This document shows positions 25,663 to 29,119 of a stretch of 29,119 nucleotides of DNA, piece after piece. Within the stretch, counting starts at the first letter, position 1. Every line of letters starts with the position of its first letter. The notes under the pieces were generated by a model. The model saw only the letters and a list, made by a program, of their open reading frames with translations. It made no database searches and was not told where the DNA came from. Position numbers and translations under genes: made by a program. The stretch comes from a virus (taxonomy: Duplodnaviria; Caudoviricetes), in IMG/VR virus record IMGVR_UViG_3300029319_000342, positions 1-29,119 of that record. One strand, written 5' to 3'.

Positions 25663-26172
25663 GTGGTAAAAATTTATAAAAAATTTTTAGATCAAGACTT
25701 AATAGATGACGTTATTAACTATGTAAAAGAAAATAGAGACAATCATATTTGGAGAGTTAATCAATTATCTTGGGATGATAGTATTTTAGGAAAAGGCAAA
25801 GAAGTATCAATATTAAATCTTGAAAAATTTAAAGATAGATTTTCAAAAATTTATAAAGACAAAAAAATTTTAAATAATAATTTAGAGATTGCAGGAGTAT
25901 TTTTTTATATATGGAGCAGGGGTAGTTATATTCCTTTTCATAATGATGGCTCACATGCTGCAGCTAGTAGCATATATCTCAATGATGTTTGGGATGCTGA
26001 TGATGGAGGTCTTTTTCTTTGGAGGGATGAACAGAATAATTTAAATGTAGTAGAGCCAGAATATAATAAAATGGTTTTTAATTTGAATAAAACTTTTCAC
26101 GGAGTAACTATGATAACACCTTTCAGTGCACAATTAAGATATAGTATACAAATATTTTTTAAGAATAATTAG
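25663..26172 (+). CDS. 2OG-Fe(II) oxygenase (2OG-FeII_Oxy_3-like, HxD)
   Basis: IPFHND...IYLN.VW..DDGG...HGVT...RYSIQIF. Confidence 0.85.
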   Translation: MVKIYKKFLDQDLIDDVINYVKENRDNHIWRVNQLSWDDSILGKGKEVSILNLEKFKDRFSKIYKDKKILNNNLEIAGVFFYIWSRGSYIPFHNDGSHAAASSIYLNDVWDADDGGLFLWRDEQNNLNVVEPEYNKMVFNLNKTFHGVTMITPFSAQLRYSIQIFFKNN

Positions 26173-26551
26173 AGTCGTAGTCTCTCCAAGTTTTACCGAC
26201 TGTGTTAGTCGTGCCATTATCTACATCAGCTTGAACTGCTGTATCAAAATCTGTTTTAGCTTGTTCTATTTGCCCTTTTCTAGTTTCTGCCCATGTAAGT
26301 AAGTCAGCCACTGTTGTAGATCCTACTGAATCAGAAGTCGCATTTAAATCAGTGTTTCCAGTCATTGCTCCGGTGGATGCATTTTTAGTTTGTATTTCAT
26401 TTTGACCAGATAAATTGTTCCAAATAACATAGTGATAATTGTCAGGACACCAAGCATCAACCCAGTTTTTACCTTTATCAGCCCATTCAATACCATACGA
26501 ATCATCTATTAAGATGCTTTCTTTATTTGCTATCACTATTTGAGTTGCCAT
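26159..26551 (-). CDS. Probable tail-fibre-associated/assembly protein (130 aa)
   Basis: Directly downstream of the collar-domain gene, with SD GGAGG. Function inferred from position. Confidence 0.6.
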   Translation of the reverse strand: MATQIVIANKESILIDDSYGIEWADKGKNWVDAWCPDNYHYVIWNNLSGQNEIQTKNASTGAMTGNTDLNATSDSVGSTTVADLLTWAETRKGQIEQAKTDFDTAVQADVDNGTTNTVGKTWRDYDSNYS

Positions 26552-26562
26552 TTTAATACCTC

Positions 26563-27210
26563 CTAATGCTTAATTATATATTGAGTTATAACAAATGGTG
26601 AAAAAGAATTTGTACCAGATGCTGTAACAGCTCCGGTGAGAGTAGTTGTAATATTACCCGTAAGAGTTCCAGATAAAGTATGTCCGTGATTATGTGCGGT
26701 TCCAGAACCTTGGTTTCCTACACTTAAAGTAGCTCTATTGGGGTTAGAAATTCTTACTTGACAAGCCAATTGTGCACCCGGACCACTAGGGTTACAAACA
26801 CCCATTTCAATAGATGGAGACATTGAGTGTCCGTGAGACGCTAGTTGAGCAGTAGTCAAAGACGTATTGTCGATACTTCCTGTAATTGTTACTGTTTGGT
26901 TTGTAGCGTTCGTTGCAGCTTGGTTGTTAGTTACCGAAACTGTAACAGTATTAGCGCCACCAGTTGTTGCTAAATTAGTTGTGCCACTTTTACCTTGCGG
27001 AAATTTACCTTGTAGATCAGGAACATTAAAAGTAGTTGAGCTATCGCCAGCGCCATAAGTAGTAGAAATAACTGCAAATAAATCTGCATACGTTGTTCTT
27101 GAAACGGCAGAGCCATCACATAAAAGATAACCTGCTGGAGCAGTAGCTTTACCCCAAGGTTTTATTGTTCCTACTTCACTTCTATTTGTTATATCTTGTA
27201 AATTAGCCAT
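26563..27210 (-). CDS. Short tail fibre protein with phage tail collar domain
   Basis: GTIKPW...APAGYLLCDGSAVSRTTYADLFAVI..TYG.GD.STTFNVPDLQG; HxH motifs; C-terminal PF....YIIK. Confidence 0.9.
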   Translation of the reverse strand: MANLQDITNRSEVGTIKPWGKATAPAGYLLCDGSAVSRTTYADLFAVISTTYGAGDSSTTFNVPDLQGKFPQGKSGTTNLATTGGANTVTVSVTNNQAATNATNQTVTITGSIDNTSLTTAQLASHGHSMSPSIEMGVCNPSGPGAQLACQVRISNPNRATLSVGNQGSGTAHNHGHTLSGTLTGNITTTLTGAVTASGTNSFSPFVITQYIIKH

Positions 27211-27212
27211 GA

Positions 27213-27941
27213 TTAATCGTTATACTTTAATCTCCAACCATTGTCACTGTCATTGTACACCAACGCAAAGCCAGAACCACTGGTTGATACTGTTAAATTA
27301 GCCTCTGTTCCTTGTATCTTATGACTGTTTCTATTTACAGTCAAATTGTGAGTTGCAAAAGTGCCTTCTGCATCTATAAATTTTACTTGATCACCAATAG
27401 CAGCAGAGCTCGGTAAGGTGATAGCAACTGCACCACCTGATGTATCTACAAAAATATTATCTCCTGCTGATGCAGTATAGTCAGATGTTTTTTTAATCCA
27501 TGTTTCACCTAGACCAGCTAGTGTAAAAATATCATACCAGTTAGTCCCGTCTGTAGAAACTAATCTATATTTACCATTTGAAATTGTTACAGTGTTACCA
27601 GTTGCACCTAGTCTTGCAGTGACGTCAGCACCCCCTGCTATGTTATTATAAAGTCCGTAAGTTTTTTGTGTAGCTGGAAACTGTACTATGTGTGTTGTAG
27701 AAATAGTTCCAGAAAAAATTATTTGGTTTTGTCTGGCTTCATTATTAGATTGAGTTTGAGGACCATCATTATTTGTTAAAGTCGTTGGTCCTGTGCCAGA
27801 AAGTGTTTTTGCGTAAACACCAGCAATCGCAAATTCAAATACTTGAGAAAAGTTGTTATTAGTAATAGTACCCCAAGTTCCTGAATTTTCTCCAGTGGTT
27901 TGAAGTTCTATTCTTAAACCCGTTGAATAAGTCGATGCCAT
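27213..27941 (-). CDS. Tail fibre/adaptor protein (242 aa)
   Basis: N-terminal MASTYS..RIEL.TTGENSGTWG..TN.N; C-terminal fibre-type module DTSGGAVAITLP...GD.V..ID...F...NLTV.RN...LVY...GW. Confidence 0.75.
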   Translation of the reverse strand: MASTYSTGLRIELQTTGENSGTWGTITNNNFSQVFEFAIAGVYAKTLSGTGPTTLTNNDGPQTQSNNEARQNQIIFSGTISTTHIVQFPATQKTYGLYNNIAGGADVTARLGATGNTVTISNGKYRLVSTDGTNWYDIFTLAGLGETWIKKTSDYTASAGDNIFVDTSGGAVAITLPSSAAIGDQVKFIDAEGTFATHNLTVNRNSHKIQGTEANLTVSTSGSGFALVYNDSDNGWRLKYND

Positions 27942-27958
27942 TTAATCTCCTAATTTAA

Positions 27959-27987
27959 AATTTAATGATTAATTTAAAGTTTGTCAA
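27959..27987 (-). promoter_or_regulatory. Sigma70-like promoter upstream of the tail-fibre genes
   Basis: - strand TTGACA-N17-TAAATT, followed by AGGAG SD and the ATG at 27941. Confidence 0.6.
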
Positions 27988-27993
27988 AACTTT

Positions 27994-28914
27994 TTATGCA
28001 GCTTTGTGAACTTCTGTCCAACTTATTTCGCTGTTTGAGTCATCTACTTGGCTCCAGAAGGTACCTTGTAAATTACCTGTACTACTAGTAGCAGAAACTC
28101 CTGTTATTGTAAAGCTTACATCTGTACGAATATTTAAAGTTCCAACATTAGATGTAGCAGAAACACTAGGTGCTTCATAGCTAGTCTCTTGAGTTTCTTC
28201 ACCGAGGCTAGAAGTTAAGCCTACACCTGTAACAAATACAGATGTTCCTACTGTGCCAACAGCTGATGTTAAAGCATTACCACTTGGAAATACAACAAAC
28301 TCTGGATCTGCCTCTAGTGTACCAACGGCCGATTGCATGGCTGTTTCAGAACCAGCCACAATAGTAGTTTGTCCATCACCTGATATTGAGAAAGTGCCTA
28401 TGGATGAAGTAGTGCTTACTCCAGTAACTGAAATATTTTGATCTGTTGCAGTTGACTCTTCGCCTAAAGATGCAGTCAAAGCTTGACCTGTTACAGCTTG
28501 CGATATTCCTACAGCACCCCATTGTTGTTGACTCCATCCAATAGTATTGCCAGTATTGATGTCAGTGTCTCTGTTCCATCCAGTTGTGCTTGTTACACTT
28601 GTGGATTCATTACCTACCGATAGTGTAGTGCCTAATCCTGTTACTGAGATGTTTTGATCTGTTGAAAGTGATTCTTCGCCTAAAGATGCAGTAAGTGCAA
28701 TCCCAGTGGGATTAACTTGAGCTACACCAGTTGCAACAGCAGTTCCTGCCGTAGAGGTAAGTCCAATACCTGTTACTGAAATGTTTTGGTCAGTGGTAAC
28801 TGTCTCAGTACCTAGAGATGACGTGAGGCCATTACCTGTAACAGATACAGGTGCTTGCTCCGACCAGGCACCACTGTTCCAAGTTTGTCGGCCCCATCCT
28901 TGGATAGAGGCCAT
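27994..28914 (-). CDS. Ser/Thr/Gly-rich repetitive tail structural protein (306 aa)
   Basis: ~19-aa repeats (ISVTG..LTSSLGEE...TDQN) and Trp-rich GWG...W motifs; SD AGGAG. Confidence 0.75.
   Translation of the reverse strand: MASIQGWGRQTWNSGAWSEQAPVSVTGNGLTSSLGTETVTTDQNISVTGIGLTSTAGTAVATGVAQVNPTGIALTASLGEESLSTDQNISVTGLGTTLSVGNESTSVTSTTGWNRDTDINTGNTIGWSQQQWGAVGISQAVTGQALTASLGEESTATDQNISVTGVSTTSSIGTFSISGDGQTTIVAGSETAMQSAVGTLEADPEFVVFPSGNALTSAVGTVGTSVFVTGVGLTSSLGEETQETSYEAPSVSATSNVGTLNIRTDVSFTITGVSATSSTGNLQGTFWSQVDDSNSEISWTEVHKAA
28457..28692. repeat. 20-nt exact direct repeat (28457-28476, 28673-28692) inside the repetitive tail gene
   Basis: tcttcgcctaaagatgcagt twice, 216 nt apart; encodes TASLGEE. 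Confidence 0.8.
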
Positions 28915-28924
28915 GTTTTATCTC

Positions 28925-29119
28925 CTATGCTATTCTTAAAATTGCAGCAGTTGCTTCAGCGGCAGGAAACGTAATTGTAAACGTACCAGCGGTTGAAGAT
29001 TTAACAGCGCCAAAATCAAGAACGCACACTGATGCGTTTGTAGTCAAACCAGATACAGTTGAACTGTTATAAATAACAGCAGCTTGTGCAGAAATAGTTG
29101 CACTTGTAAATGATATGTC
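28925..29119 (-). CDS. 3' end of a probable structural protein, truncated by the window edge
   Basis: Manual translation: ...DISFTSATISAQAAVIYNSS...VCVLDFGAVKSSTAGTFTITFPAAEATAAILRIA*. Confidence 0.75.
   Translation of the reverse strand, partial: DISFTSATISAQAAVIYNSSTVSGLTTNASVCVLDFGAVKSSTAGTFTITFPAAEATAAILRIA

Noticed and set aside
14122-26172. Calling any oxygenase a TET/JBP 5mC dioxygenase
   Set aside because: Visible motifs fit TIGR02466-like and prolyl-hydroxylase-like families better; a profile search is needed.
1-29119. tRNA, integrase/att site, DGR or transposon
   Set aside because: Almost no intergenic space, and no cloverleaf, recombinase, reverse transcriptase or transposase motifs were seen by eye.

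Overview
A 29 kb, AT-rich, densely coding fragment of a tailed dsDNA phage. It is probably a marine podovirus resembling SAR11/pelagiphage-type genomes (inferred from gene content and composition, not from a database hit). Layout: (1) + strand replication module, 1-5096: C5-cytosine methyltransferase locus, UvrD-like SF1 helicase, family A DNA polymerase (Leu762 type), PD-(D/E)XK-like nuclease and small ORFs. (2) - strand operon of probable internal virion/DNA-ejection proteins, 5093-13994. (3) Two + strand blocks, 14122-23624 and 23869-26172, with eight 2OG/Fe(II)-oxygenase-like genes, two glycosyltransferases, a split carbamoyltransferase, a DUF6065-like gene and a metallohydrolase-like gene, interleaved with tail genes. 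(4) - strand tail/tail-fibre genes, 26159-29119. The most striking feature is the methyltransferase: two long ORFs overlap in different frames for ~790 nt. One carries catalytic motifs IV, VI, VIII and X. The other carries a motif IX-like segment plus four repeated (W/M)xTP modules that may be interchangeable target-recognition domains. Five real-looking small genes and one truncated gene missing from the ORF track were found by hand. No tRNA, rRNA, CRISPR array, integrase or transposase was seen. All family assignments are motif-based, by eye.
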